Of a stretch of 64,000 bases of DNA, positions 48,701 to 58,258 are shown piece after piece; the first letter of the stretch is position 1; each line of letters starts with the position of its first letter. The stretch is taken from positions 1 through 64,000 of the forward strand of contig CAYVLA010000001.1 of NCBI GenBank assembly GCA_964452145.1, read 5' to 3'. The stretch is from Candidatus Hadarchaeota archaeon (GTDB lineage Archaea; CAYQAE01; CAYVLA01). The notes under the pieces are model-generated. The model saw nothing but the letters and a program-made list of their open reading frames with translations. It made no database searches and was not told the origin of the DNA. Made by a program: the position numbers and the translations under genes.

Positions 48701-49951
48701 ATGCGAATGCCGTCGAGGTCCGCGCTGAGATCCGTCGCGCTCAGGCATCAGGATGAGATATGCGAGCTTCTCATGGATCTGATCAGGTTCAGGACAGTGC
48801 AGGGTTCCGAGGCTGGTGCACAGAGGTACCTGAAGAGGCGGTTTGACGAACTCGGCTTCACCACCAAGGAGGAATCGGTCGACGAGTCGATACGCCTGGA
48901 CCCGGAGTACACCTCCTCGGACCAACCTCACCCCTACCGTTCCCGTCCGAACCTACTGATCTTTGCAGGTGGCGAGGGGGAGGGAAGAACCGCCATACTT
49001 AACACCCACGTAGATGTGGTCCCCGCTGGCTCTTGGCCGGGGGCCTTTGACCCACGGGTTGAGAACGGCCAAGTTGTCGGGAGGGGCGCGGTGGACTGTA
49101 AGGGTCAGATCGCCGCGCTCTACCTCACCTTTGTCTTGATGAAGGAGCTCAAGATAGGTCTCGATTCGCGGCTGACCGCCCAGATCGTGATAGAAGAGGA
49201 GACGGGGGGCAATGGAAGCCTGTCCCTGATCCGGCGAGGTCACTGCGCCGACGGAGCTGTTGTCCTGGAGGGTACCGATCTTACGGTCTGCCCGGCGAAC
49301 CGGGGAGCTATATGGTTCCGGGCCCAGGTTGCGGGGCTGCCGGTGCACATGGCAAGGAAGTTCGAGGGGATCAGCGCTATCGACAAGTCGATTGAACTCA
49401 TACGCTTGCTCTACAGATATGAGGCCCGCCTTGCGGATGGAAGCATGGGACAGGCCCTCTTCGCTGAGTACGATCACCCTGTGCAAGTGAACATAGGGAA
49501 GTTGAGTGCTGGCGATTGGCCATCGACGGTGCCGGCTTCGGCCACGATGGAAGGTGGCATTGGATTCCTGCCGAACAAGGATCTGGAATCGATCAAGAGC
49601 GAGGTCAGGGCTTTGCCGAAGGAGGGTGACAAGTGGCTCGCGGCGAATACCAAGATCGACTTCCCCGGCCTTCACAACGATGCATACCAGATACCCGTCG
49701 ATCACCCGCTTGTGAGAGAACTCGTCCGATCCTGTGGCAGGGCCGGTCTGGAAACAAGGGCAAGGGGCCTGATAGCCAGCTGCGATGCTAGATTGTTCAA
49801 CAAGGTCGGCGGGATGCCCACAGTAGTTTTCGGTGCGGGGGACATCCAAGAGGCCCATTCGAACAACGAGAAGGTGGCATTAAGAGATCTCCTCCTCGAA
49901 GCTTGCGCCCTGTTAGGCTTCCTATGCAGGTGGTGTGGGACGCGAGAATGA
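48701..49951 (+). CDS. M20 family peptidase/deacylase (ArgE/DapE-like)
   Basis: NTHVDVVP, GRGAVDCKG, EEETGG, AHSNNE. Confidence 0.92.
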   Translation: MRMPSRSALRSVALRHQDEICELLMDLIRFRTVQGSEAGAQRYLKRRFDELGFTTKEESVDESIRLDPEYTSSDQPHPYRSRPNLLIFAGGEGEGRTAILNTHVDVVPAGSWPGAFDPRVENGQVVGRGAVDCKGQIAALYLTFVLMKELKIGLDSRLTAQIVIEEETGGNGSLSLIRRGHCADGAVVLEGTDLTVCPANRGAIWFRAQVAGLPVHMARKFEGISAIDKSIELIRLLYRYEARLADGSMGQALFAEYDHPVQVNIGKLSAGDWPSTVPASATMEGGIGFLPNKDLESIKSEVRALPKEGDKWLAANTKIDFPGLHNDAYQIPVDHPLVRELVRSCGRAGLETRARGLIASCDARLFNKVGGMPTVVFGAGDIQEAHSNNEKVALRDLLLEACALLGFLCRWCGTRE

Positions 49952-49992
49952 CAGATTGGCAAGGCTCGTCCGTCGGTTGGGGATTCGGCGGC

Positions 49993-50187
49993 CTAGCCAG
50001 CCATGGTGCTGGTCTTCTCGGCAGCTGAGGCTTTGGCCGGGGTTCTGGAGGGCGTCCTTGAGTTCCTGCGTCCATTCTTGCCAGTGGCCGCTAGGAAAAC
50101 ACCCGATCTAAGACCTATCAGGAACCCTATGTAGGAACCCACCCCTGCTATCAGGATCACTTCTAGAACTGTTGCATGAAAATCCAA
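49993..50187 (-). CDS. Small single-TM hypothetical protein
   Basis: Hydrophobic helix then basic tail, with TTTATTTAA upstream. Confidence 0.45.
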   Translation of the reverse strand: MDFHATVLEVILIAGVGSYIGFLIGLRSGVFLAATGKNGRRNSRTPSRTPAKASAAEKTSTMAG

Positions 50188-50355
50188 TGCGCGTCCTCCG
50201 ACGGATGCGAAACAGGATCTTCTCTATTAAATAAAACTCGCCTTCCCCTGCCCTTTCTTGGGCTAGTCGCAGTAGGAAAGCGAGAAAAACACAACACCAG
50301 GCGGACGCAATCATTAAGAACAAGGAACTGGCCAGAGAACCCAGACGGTGGTAGA

Positions 50356-51390
50356 TTGTTCGGAGTCGGAATTGTCGGAGCCGGCTGGGTTGCTGGCGAA
50401 CACATCATGGCTTTCCAGCACAACCCGCATTCCAGGGTAGTGGCGATCTGCAGCAGCTCGACGGAGAGCGCAGAGGCCAAGATCAAGGAGGCCAACATCA
50501 AGGCCGACATATGCAAGAGCTACGATGAGCTGCTCAAGAGGGCCGATATCGACATCGTCTGTATCGCCACCCCCAACAATCTCCATGCCGAGGAGGTCTT
50601 GAAGGCCTCCGAGGCAGGCAAACACATGCTCATAGAGAAGCCGGCAGCCCTAGAGCTTGAAGAATTGGCCAAGATCCGGGACTCAGTCCGCTCCTCGGGC
50701 GTACGGACGGTCGTGGGATTCGTCCTCAGATGGAACCCTCTCTTCGAGACCATCAAGTCCATTGTGAACGACGGGACCATCGGCAGGATCTACTATATGG
50801 AAACGGACTACCAGCACAACATAGGTGCGTGGGCAAGAGGCTGGAAATGGTACGGCAAGAGAGACCAAAGCGGGGGGAGCCTTCTGGGCGCGGGATGCCA
50901 CGCCGTGGATGCCCTGCGTTGGTTCGCGGGCGACGGGCGTGAGAAGACCAGGGATATAACCGAGGTTCGGGCCTACTCAGGAGGATACCGCCGCCAGAAG
51001 GGGGAGATCGACTACGACGGGTTCATAGTGGCCATCATGCGAATGGGCGATGGGTTGATAGCCAAGGTCTCATCCAACTGGGACTGCGTTATGCCCTACA
51101 GATTCCCGATAGAGATCTTCGGGGACCGAGGCACGATCAAGGACAATCGCATCTACACGAGGGGGTTCCCTGGCCAAACGGATTTCGCAACGATACCGAC
51201 GATTCTGCCCGACTCGGGCGAGGTCACGCACCATCCATTCCAGCCCGAGATCGACCATCTCATCGAGTGTGTGAGGTCCGGGAGGGAGAGCCACTGCAGT
51301 CTTGAGGACTCGATCAACACCCACGAAGCCTGCATCGCCGCGAACGTGTCTGCCGAAACCGGCAGAACGATAGAGCTTCCTTTGATCTGA
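50356..51390 (+). CDS. Gfo/Idh/MocA family oxidoreductase
   Basis: GIVGAGWVA, ATPNNLH, IEKP, GCHAVD. TTG start inferred. Confidence 0.92.
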   Translation: MFGVGIVGAGWVAGEHIMAFQHNPHSRVVAICSSSTESAEAKIKEANIKADICKSYDELLKRADIDIVCIATPNNLHAEEVLKASEAGKHMLIEKPAALELEELAKIRDSVRSSGVRTVVGFVLRWNPLFETIKSIVNDGTIGRIYYMETDYQHNIGAWARGWKWYGKRDQSGGSLLGAGCHAVDALRWFAGDGREKTRDITEVRAYSGGYRRQKGEIDYDGFIVAIMRMGDGLIAKVSSNWDCVMPYRFPIEIFGDRGTIKDNRIYTRGFPGQTDFATIPTILPDSGEVTHHPFQPEIDHLIECVRSGRESHCSLEDSINTHEACIAANVSAETGRTIELPLI

Positions 51391-51481
51391 TCCTGCCGGA
51401 CCATCGATGCGCCAATTCGTGCTGAACCCCCCCGAGACGCTCACCGAGGATGTGTACCCTGAGAGCAATTGTGTGTTACCG

Positions 51482-52921
51482 ATGAGAACAGCGTATCTAC
51501 CGACCCTGTTGATCGTTATCGGCGGACTTGCGGTTGGCCTAGTGCAAGCTGGCGGACTCGAGATACTGGCTTTCACGGGAGAATACGATCTGCGCCTATC
51601 CCATGTGCATTCAACAGAGACGATCCAATGCCGGTTCGACTCTGAGGGGGAAATGATAGCATCCGAACGACTGTCCCCCATCTTGGGACTTGTCAACATA
51701 AGTTTCATCGCAGGAGAAAGGCCCATGGCGTGGACCTATGACGGGCAGTGCCTAGAATGGACATACGAACCTCCCCTAGAGTCCGGCCAGACCATCCTCT
51801 ACACAAGGGAATGGGACCAGGTCGTCACCCCGGATTCCAGTGGGCTTAGGGACGTCCTGATAACGGCTGCGCCGACCTCGAATGCGAGCATCGTTTTCGC
51901 AACAAAGGATGTTGACATCATAAGCTCAAGCTTGCCCCTTGGCTCAGCTCTGGATTATCATGGCAACCTGAGCAATCCACCATATGGTATCAGGTACTCC
52001 TCGAGATTCAAGCTCTACAATCTCACCTGGTTCTGTGGCGTTGAGAATCTCGGCTCCGACAGCTCCGACATCGCCCTGGACATATCCGTGCCCTGCAACA
52101 CGGAGTTCCAGCACACGATCATTGAACCGGAGGGTGACTTCACTGTGGACGATCTCGGCAATCGCAGGCTGATCTTGAACATGGTTCTCCCACCCAGGGC
52201 GTGCATAAACATCACTCTGGAGTTCTCGATCCTGGTGCAAACATGGCCTGAAGGTTGGGGTTTCGCCTCTGGTCGCATAGATCCCGAAAGGTTCTTGGGC
52301 TCCGATCCACGCTTCTGGCAGCTGGACGATCCCCGGATAAGGGCCTTCGCCTCCCAGGCTGTCGCAGGCATGACGGATGCCCGGGAGATGGCGATGGCCC
52401 TGGCCGAGGCGATCTCGGATCATCTGACCTATTCCCAGATCCCAGAGAGAAAGGGTGCCCTCTGGGCTCTCCTGAATCGAATGGGATCTTGCAGGGAGTA
52501 TGCTGACCTTTTGATCGCCTGCGCCAGATGTCAAGGCATCCCTGCCCTCTATGTCTCGGGCCTATCGGGTTCCAGCGCCAATGATTCGGCCGGGCACGCC
52601 TGGATCGCACTCTGGCTGGAAGGCATTGGCTGGGTCGGACTCGATCCGGGTTGGGGCTACACGGGCTTGCTGGATAGCGCCCGCATCGTGACCGGCTTCT
52701 GTGACCCGGAGGATGTCGACATGCTCCTTACGTATAAGGGTGGGAACACGACGATTCCTTATTGGACCATCGACTGGTCGTTCGAGGAAGTGGAAACTGC
52801 GAGGGCCAACGCCATCCTAGGAGTGGCTGACGTTACCGGTCTTCAAACATGGACTACCCTAGTTGGCCTTGCCTTCTTGCGAGAGTCCCAAAGACGAATA
52901 GGGGCATCCGTGGAAGGTTAA
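51482..52921 (+). CDS. Secreted/anchored transglutaminase-like protein
   Basis: Signal peptide. Cys-His-Asp triad motifs GSCREYA, GHAW and LDPGW. Weak C-terminal hydrophobic segment. Confidence 0.85.
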   Translation: MRTAYLPTLLIVIGGLAVGLVQAGGLEILAFTGEYDLRLSHVHSTETIQCRFDSEGEMIASERLSPILGLVNISFIAGERPMAWTYDGQCLEWTYEPPLESGQTILYTREWDQVVTPDSSGLRDVLITAAPTSNASIVFATKDVDIISSSLPLGSALDYHGNLSNPPYGIRYSSRFKLYNLTWFCGVENLGSDSSDIALDISVPCNTEFQHTIIEPEGDFTVDDLGNRRLILNMVLPPRACINITLEFSILVQTWPEGWGFASGRIDPERFLGSDPRFWQLDDPRIRAFASQAVAGMTDAREMAMALAEAISDHLTYSQIPERKGALWALLNRMGSCREYADLLIACARCQGIPALYVSGLSGSSANDSAGHAWIALWLEGIGWVGLDPGWGYTGLLDSARIVTGFCDPEDVDMLLTYKGGNTTIPYWTIDWSFEEVETARANAILGVADVTGLQTWTTLVGLAFLRESQRRIGASVEG

Positions 52922-53216
52922 TAGCGCTCGATCCAAGACACTCCTCGTGAGCGCGGCCAGGGATCGGGAGTTCCTCATGTCACTTCAAGATATCTTTGAG
53001 GAGATGAGGGACGAAGGCTGGCACTGGCCTGGGCAAAGGAAGCAGCTGGTTGCCTCCACCGCGGAGCTGCCCGAGATGGTTGTGAAGTCTTCCGTTCATC
53101 CGGCCCCCATGCAGATCGAATCGGACGCCTAGTCCCTCGCCCGAGATGGGTGGCTTCAGACAACTCCGCAGAGTACGTCTAATTAATGGCAGAAGGGGGT
53201 GTGAAGGGCCTGTCTC

Positions 53217-54191
53217 TCAGCCACTCGTTCGCCGAAGCAGAGTCCAACGGGCCAGAACGGCGATTGACAGAAGTCCCAGCGCCCAGAAGACCGCAAGGAG
53301 GGCGATCCTTCGGTTTCGTGCGGAGATCGTCTTCTGCCTTGCGAGGGAGATAAAGTGTTCCCGCGTCCTCTCTTGTTGGTCGATAGACTCTTGATAGTTT
53401 GCTGAGAACTCAGAGAATCGAGAGTTGCCCTCACTCACCCAAAGGTAGGAATCGACCAAGAGCTTGGCAAACTCGGGCTGTTCCAACAGTCTTTCGTAGT
53501 GGTTCGTTGCCGTCGGGTTGTCTCTCACGAACAATCCCGTGAAGGCCACCGAACGCCCGCCGGGATCGCCCTGGTTGGCTACGACCAGAGGCGCGCCGCT
53601 GCTCTTCTCTCTGAACAGCACGGCCTTGTTTCCCCCAGGGGGCTGCACCTCCAGTACTCCTTTCTGACGATCACCCGCGTACGCGTAGAACTGGCCCACA
53701 ATATCGAATTCGTCGGGGAGCTCCTCGCCGATTCCCCCCACTCTTGAGTCTCTGGAGTACTCGTTGACGTCCTTGCCGCCTTTCCGGGAGCCAATGCCAG
53801 TCGCGTTTCCGAAAACTGGGAACACGATTCGGGCCATATCACCCAACTGGGATTGCCACCCGCAGCCATGGAACCCGATCGCCGATCCACCTGCTTCAAA
53901 GTAGAGGGTGACAGGCTTGGCAAGGAGTTTCAAGTCGTTAGCATTCACCGAGGTCAGTACCACGCAGCGAACGTTGGGCAAGGCGAGAAGCGAGGCCAAC
54001 GCATGCGGGTCGGATACGACCATAAAGTCCTCCTCACCGGACGATGCGGAAGCCAGTATCTCCACCACACCTGCGGCCAAGCCCTTCATGGAAGCGTCGT
54101 ACACCAGAACAAGCGCCCTGAAGCCAGCCTCCACAGTGGAGGAAAACAGCAACAGCGCCACCAGTACGAAAGTGATCGTTTGGATTCTCAT
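53217..54191 (-). CDS. Family C protein C2
   Basis: Signal peptide, YFEAGGSAIG, VFPVFGNATGIG, GGRSV, C-terminal TM followed by RR. ATGA overlap with B3. Confidence 0.82.
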   Translation of the reverse strand: MRIQTITFVLVALLLFSSTVEAGFRALVLVYDASMKGLAAGVVEILASASSGEEDFMVVSDPHALASLLALPNVRCVVLTSVNANDLKLLAKPVTLYFEAGGSAIGFHGCGWQSQLGDMARIVFPVFGNATGIGSRKGGKDVNEYSRDSRVGGIGEELPDEFDIVGQFYAYAGDRQKGVLEVQPPGGNKAVLFREKSSGAPLVVANQGDPGGRSVAFTGLFVRDNPTATNHYERLLEQPEFAKLLVDSYLWVSEGNSRFSEFSANYQESIDQQERTREHFISLARQKTISARNRRIALLAVFWALGLLSIAVLARWTLLRRTSG

Positions 54192-55027
54192 CCTCTCACG
54201 CCCCTCGGCGCGATGTTGACCAGAACCAACTCAAGCCCACCATCAGCATAGGCCTGGATCAACTCCATCATGTACACATCGGGTCGCCAACTCACAATCT
54301 GGGGCAGCCCATCTGCCGGTATGTCGACTAGGAAAGATACCCCGAATCTCTCGTCCTCTCTCACCCCCTCAAAGACGAGCACCCCATCCATCGGTATCCC
54401 GGACATATCAAGTCCCGGCTTCAGCAACTTGCCCGATCTGTGATACTCTCGGCTATCTTCACTCCGGCGGATCTCCACATACTCTAGGGTCGTCAACGGG
54501 TCCATGAAGAAGCAAGGGCTTCCCTCAAAGAAGATGGCTTCGCCGGGCCGTGTCAGCAGGACAAACACGAGGGGAAGCGTTGACCTCATTGACGCGTCGG
54601 TAAATGGTTCAAGACACATGGAGAAGTCCATGATGATGGCGTCGTAGACAGTCCCGTTGATCTCGGCGTTCGTCCGGATCTCGGTTGGACGGGCGCCAAG
54701 GGCCTGAACATGATCCCTGAACCTGATGACACTCGGCAGATCCTCAAGGGACGGCGCAGCAGAGATGTTACCTTCAAAGGGCTTCTGGTATAGAGCGGAT
54801 ACCCGAATCTCCACACGGTCGAAATCCCGGCTCGCCATCAAGGCGAGAGCGAACCGGGCTTCGAGGCCGCGAGCCGCAGCCTCTTTGAGGATGGCCCCGG
54901 GGAACTCGTTTCCCAGCAGCACCAGAGCCTCCTCGGCCTTGGGAACGATCAAGGTAACAACCAGAAGGCTCGACAGTATGACGCAGGATATCATGATCGT
55001 GACCAGGCGCGGATCGACGTGAGGCAT
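54188..55027 (-). CDS. Family B protein B3
   Basis: N-terminal TM, GNEFP, FFEGSPCFF, PG..M..P.DGVLVF, IQAYADGGL..VLVN. Confidence 0.8.
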   Translation of the reverse strand: MPHVDPRLVTIMISCVILSSLLVVTLIVPKAEEALVLLGNEFPGAILKEAAARGLEARFALALMASRDFDRVEIRVSALYQKPFEGNISAAPSLEDLPSVIRFRDHVQALGARPTEIRTNAEINGTVYDAIIMDFSMCLEPFTDASMRSTLPLVFVLLTRPGEAIFFEGSPCFFMDPLTTLEYVEIRRSEDSREYHRSGKLLKPGLDMSGIPMDGVLVFEGVREDERFGVSFLVDIPADGLPQIVSWRPDVYMMELIQAYADGGLELVLVNIAPRGVRG

Positions 55028-55042
55028 TTGCCAGAGGTCCTC

Positions 55043-56269
55043 CTATTGCTCTGCTCTCTTCAGGCGGGTCATCCGAACCTCCTCATACAGCCTGCGGCGT
55101 ATCATGAGTGTGTACACCGCGACGCCTGCAAGCAAGAAGGTTCCAGTCACCGCGGCCCACTCTATGATGTAGATATTCAGAAGTGCCTTCTTTGCCAGGA
55201 TTCTGGCGTCATCGATCGTCTTGTCCACCATAGCTATCGCTTCATCGTAGGCACCCAGTGCGTCGGAGTATTCGCCCGAGAAGTAGAGCCCATCCGCCTC
55301 AGCTCTGCGGCGGTCACACTCTCTCGCTGCCCTCTCGGCCGACGCGAGATTGCCGCCAAAGCTATCGACGATCTCGATCATGGCGCTCAGGGTCTTCCGC
55401 ATGTCGTCGTACTGTCTTAGCCTCCTCCGGAGTATGTAGACCAGGTCCACATCATCCGGGAGTCTCCTTCCAGCGGTGAACATGACGACGTTGATGCAGA
55501 AATCGGGGTAGTATTCCCAGGTCATAAAGATGGCGCCTCCTGCGGGGGTCCAGTCCGTGGTCATGGAGAAACCGCGACCATTCCCAACGTCCCACCAGAC
55601 AAGATGCGGGAGCCTGCCATAGCTAAGCGTCTCAGCCACAGCGATCAGATGGGAGGTCTGCTTGGGTACAACCTTGTGGCCCTCGCTGAAGACACCCTTG
55701 GTTCCCAGGGTCTGCCAAGGCAGGCTCTTGGCAAGCTCCGCTTCCGGATCGGATATTATCATCCTCATCGCCTGCTCGCAATACTGGTAGTCGAGCATCT
55801 GGACCGGCAGAACGTCAGCAACCGTGGTAGTGCTCCATGTTGGCTGGACCGTGCCTCTGCCCTCATAGCTTTCTGCTCCACCGATCATGATGATCCCTAG
55901 GCCCTCCTCGGTCACGGCCTCGCTCAACCAGCTGAGTTCGACCGGCCTGAACACGTCCCTGTTTGCGTCACTCAGGATGACTACATCGTAGCCGTCCCTC
56001 AGCCTGCCCGGGGACCTCGGCATGTAGTATCTGATCTGCTTCCTGATGAAATCTATCGTCGACTGGAAGGTACAGGCCTGAACCGGCGTTGCAGCGAAAC
56101 TTGGCTCCATTCGGAAGTACGGGAATGGACCCCTCATCGCGAGGGCATCTCCGAGATAGAGAACCCTTATCTTCCCCGTTGTCGGGTCGCACTTCAACTC
56201 CCTACCGCTGCAATTGGCAAGCGCGATCAGGACGACAACAAACACGAGCCGGGATATGCACTTGGCCAC
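55043..56269 (-). CDS. Family A surface protein A4
   Basis: Signal peptide, YMPRS, YDVVILSDAN, GLGIIMIGGAES, DWTPAGG, IYIIEW...LMIRRRLYEEV..TR. Confidence 0.83.
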   Translation of the reverse strand: MAKCISRLVFVVVLIALANCSGRELKCDPTTGKIRVLYLGDALAMRGPFPYFRMEPSFAATPVQACTFQSTIDFIRKQIRYYMPRSPGRLRDGYDVVILSDANRDVFRPVELSWLSEAVTEEGLGIIMIGGAESYEGRGTVQPTWSTTTVADVLPVQMLDYQYCEQAMRMIISDPEAELAKSLPWQTLGTKGVFSEGHKVVPKQTSHLIAVAETLSYGRLPHLVWWDVGNGRGFSMTTDWTPAGGAIFMTWEYYPDFCINVVMFTAGRRLPDDVDLVYILRRRLRQYDDMRKTLSAMIEIVDSFGGNLASAERAARECDRRRAEADGLYFSGEYSDALGAYDEAIAMVDKTIDDARILAKKALLNIYIIEWAAVTGTFLLAGVAVYTLMIRRRLYEEVRMTRLKRAEQ

Positions 56270-56433
56270 GCAGAGACAAAGGGCCGATGTTCCATAAATA
56301 TCCTCCCAGGTGTCTCCGTGATCGATCTCGCAGCTCGATCCGGGGGGTGGGATCCTGAGTCCCAGCGGATGCCCACGGGCGTCCTCTTAGACATTTTTCA
56401 GCTTCCCCTGAGCCGTGTATCGGGTGCATCGCT

Positions 56434-56919
56434 GTGGAGTTCGCTGAGGTTGTCCGAAGGAGAAGGAGCATCAGAAGATACAAGACCGATTCCGTGCCCC
56501 AGGCGGTCATCGAGGACATAGTTGAGGCTGGCAGGCTGGCACCCTCCGGCGGAAACAGGCAACCTTGGCATTTCGTGGTCGTCACAGACCATCAGAGGAA
56601 GAAGGAGCTTCAGATACCCGATTGGGCGGCAAGAGCGCCAGTGGTTCTGGTCGTCTGCGGGGACCCGCAGGTCTCCGATACGTGGTACGTTGTCGATCCG
56701 ACGATCGCGATGGAACACATGGTCCTCGCTGCCACAGATCACGGGCTGGGGACCTGCTGGATCGGGAGGCTCGGTCGAGACGCCCGCGTGAAGGAAGTCC
56801 TCGGCATACCCAGACACATGCACGTTGTCGCCCTGACCCCTCTCGGCTACCCTGATGAGTTTCCCCCTCCCAAACCTAGGAAGAGCCTAGAGGAAATCGT
56901 CCACTGCGAGCATTTCTGA
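56434..56919 (+). CDS. Nitroreductase family protein
   Basis: RRSIRRY, APSGGNRQPW, GLGTCWIG, LGYP. Confidence 0.94.
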   Translation: MEFAEVVRRRRSIRRYKTDSVPQAVIEDIVEAGRLAPSGGNRQPWHFVVVTDHQRKKELQIPDWAARAPVVLVVCGDPQVSDTWYVVDPTIAMEHMVLAATDHGLGTCWIGRLGRDARVKEVLGIPRHMHVVALTPLGYPDEFPPPKPRKSLEEIVHCEHF

Positions 56920-56932
56920 GCATGATGGTTGT

Positions 56933-58258
56933 GTGTTCCCATTGCCTGAGAGATTAAGAGCCGGCACGGGAAGGGTCGATATCACCCCCCCTGTTGGGTC
57001 GGGCCTGATCGGCTATCTCCACCCGAGGATCTCCACGGGGATCCGTGACCGCCTCTATGCTACCTCGATATTCCTCTCATCGGACGGCTTCCAGCTCGCC
57101 TTGGTCTCCTGCGATCTGATCGCCCTGCCGAGGCTGTGGGTCGACGAAGCCAAGGGCGTGATCCGGCGGCAAAGCGGCTTGGGAAGGGAGCAGGTGATGG
57201 TAGCCTGCACCCACACCCACACCGGCCCGTGCACAACCAGCATATTCTCTTCCGAAGCCGACCTCGAATACCTTTCAGGCCTCCCCGAGCTGATAGCCAA
57301 ATCGGTGGCGAATGCCTGCGATACTGCCGAGCCTGCGGAATCCGCGGTCTGGACCGGTCAGGAGGATTCCCTGGTGTTCAACCGTCGCTACAGGATGACG
57401 GACGGTTCCGTCAGGACAAATCCCGGAGTGGGCAACCCCCAGGTACTGGGTCCCGCCGGGCCGATCGACCCGGCGATCTTCGCGCTGATCGTTCGAGGCC
57501 TGAAGGGCAGGAACATCGGAGCCATCTTCAACTACTCAAACCATGTGGACGTTATCGGCGGATGCCTGATCAGCTCGGATTACCCAGGCATCATGGCACG
57601 CCTGTACAGAGATCGGTTTGGCTCGCATTCGAACCTGGTCTATCTCAACGGGGCCTGCGGAGATGTCAACCACATCAATGTGAAGGGCACCGCAAACCAA
57701 AGCGGGGCGGAGGCGAGCGAACGAATGGCGAAGGTTATGTTCGAGGATCTTCAGAGAGGCATCGCCGAGGTGAAAAGATGGGAAAGACCCGAGCTCGGTG
57801 CGGTTCTGGTTCCTGTAAGACTGCCTCTGAGAAGGATTGATCAGGATGATGTAAGACGGGCAATGGAGGTACTATCCTTACCGGACCGCAGGGACAGTAA
57901 CGCCGTTTTCGCTCGGGAGCTGCTTCTGATGGCTCGCTTTCCAAGCGATCACGTCGAGACGGTGCTTCAATGCACTAGGGTGGGAAACAGCGCTCTTGTT
58001 GGCCTGCCGGGCGAAACCTTCGTGCAGATCGGCCTGGATATCAAGGCCAAATCCCCCTTCAGTCCAACCGCGGTAGTCGAGCTTGCAAACGACTACGTCG
58101 GTTACCTGCTGACTGAGAATGCCTTCCGTGAAGGGGGCTACGAAACCATGCCGGCAAGATCCAGCTGGGTGGCACCTGGAGCTGCCGCGGTCCTGCACAC
58201 CAAGGCGCTGGAGATGCTTCGCCTCCTGCGGGGAAGCCAGCTTCCTGGGGTACCATGA
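56933..58258 (+). CDS. Neutral/alkaline ceramidase-like hydrolase
   Basis: DITPP, CTHTHTGP, NHVD, SSDYPG, GACGDVN, PGETF, YVGY. Confidence 0.85.
   Translation: MFPLPERLRAGTGRVDITPPVGSGLIGYLHPRISTGIRDRLYATSIFLSSDGFQLALVSCDLIALPRLWVDEAKGVIRRQSGLGREQVMVACTHTHTGPCTTSIFSSEADLEYLSGLPELIAKSVANACDTAEPAESAVWTGQEDSLVFNRRYRMTDGSVRTNPGVGNPQVLGPAGPIDPAIFALIVRGLKGRNIGAIFNYSNHVDVIGGCLISSDYPGIMARLYRDRFGSHSNLVYLNGACGDVNHINVKGTANQSGAEASERMAKVMFEDLQRGIAEVKRWERPELGAVLVPVRLPLRRIDQDDVRRAMEVLSLPDRRDSNAVFARELLLMARFPSDHVETVLQCTRVGNSALVGLPGETFVQIGLDIKAKSPFSPTAVVELANDYVGYLLTENAFREGGYETMPARSSWVAPGAAAVLHTKALEMLRLLRGSQLPGVP

Noticed and set aside
52947..53132. 61-aa ORF after the transglutaminase gene
   Set aside because: No motif or context support.
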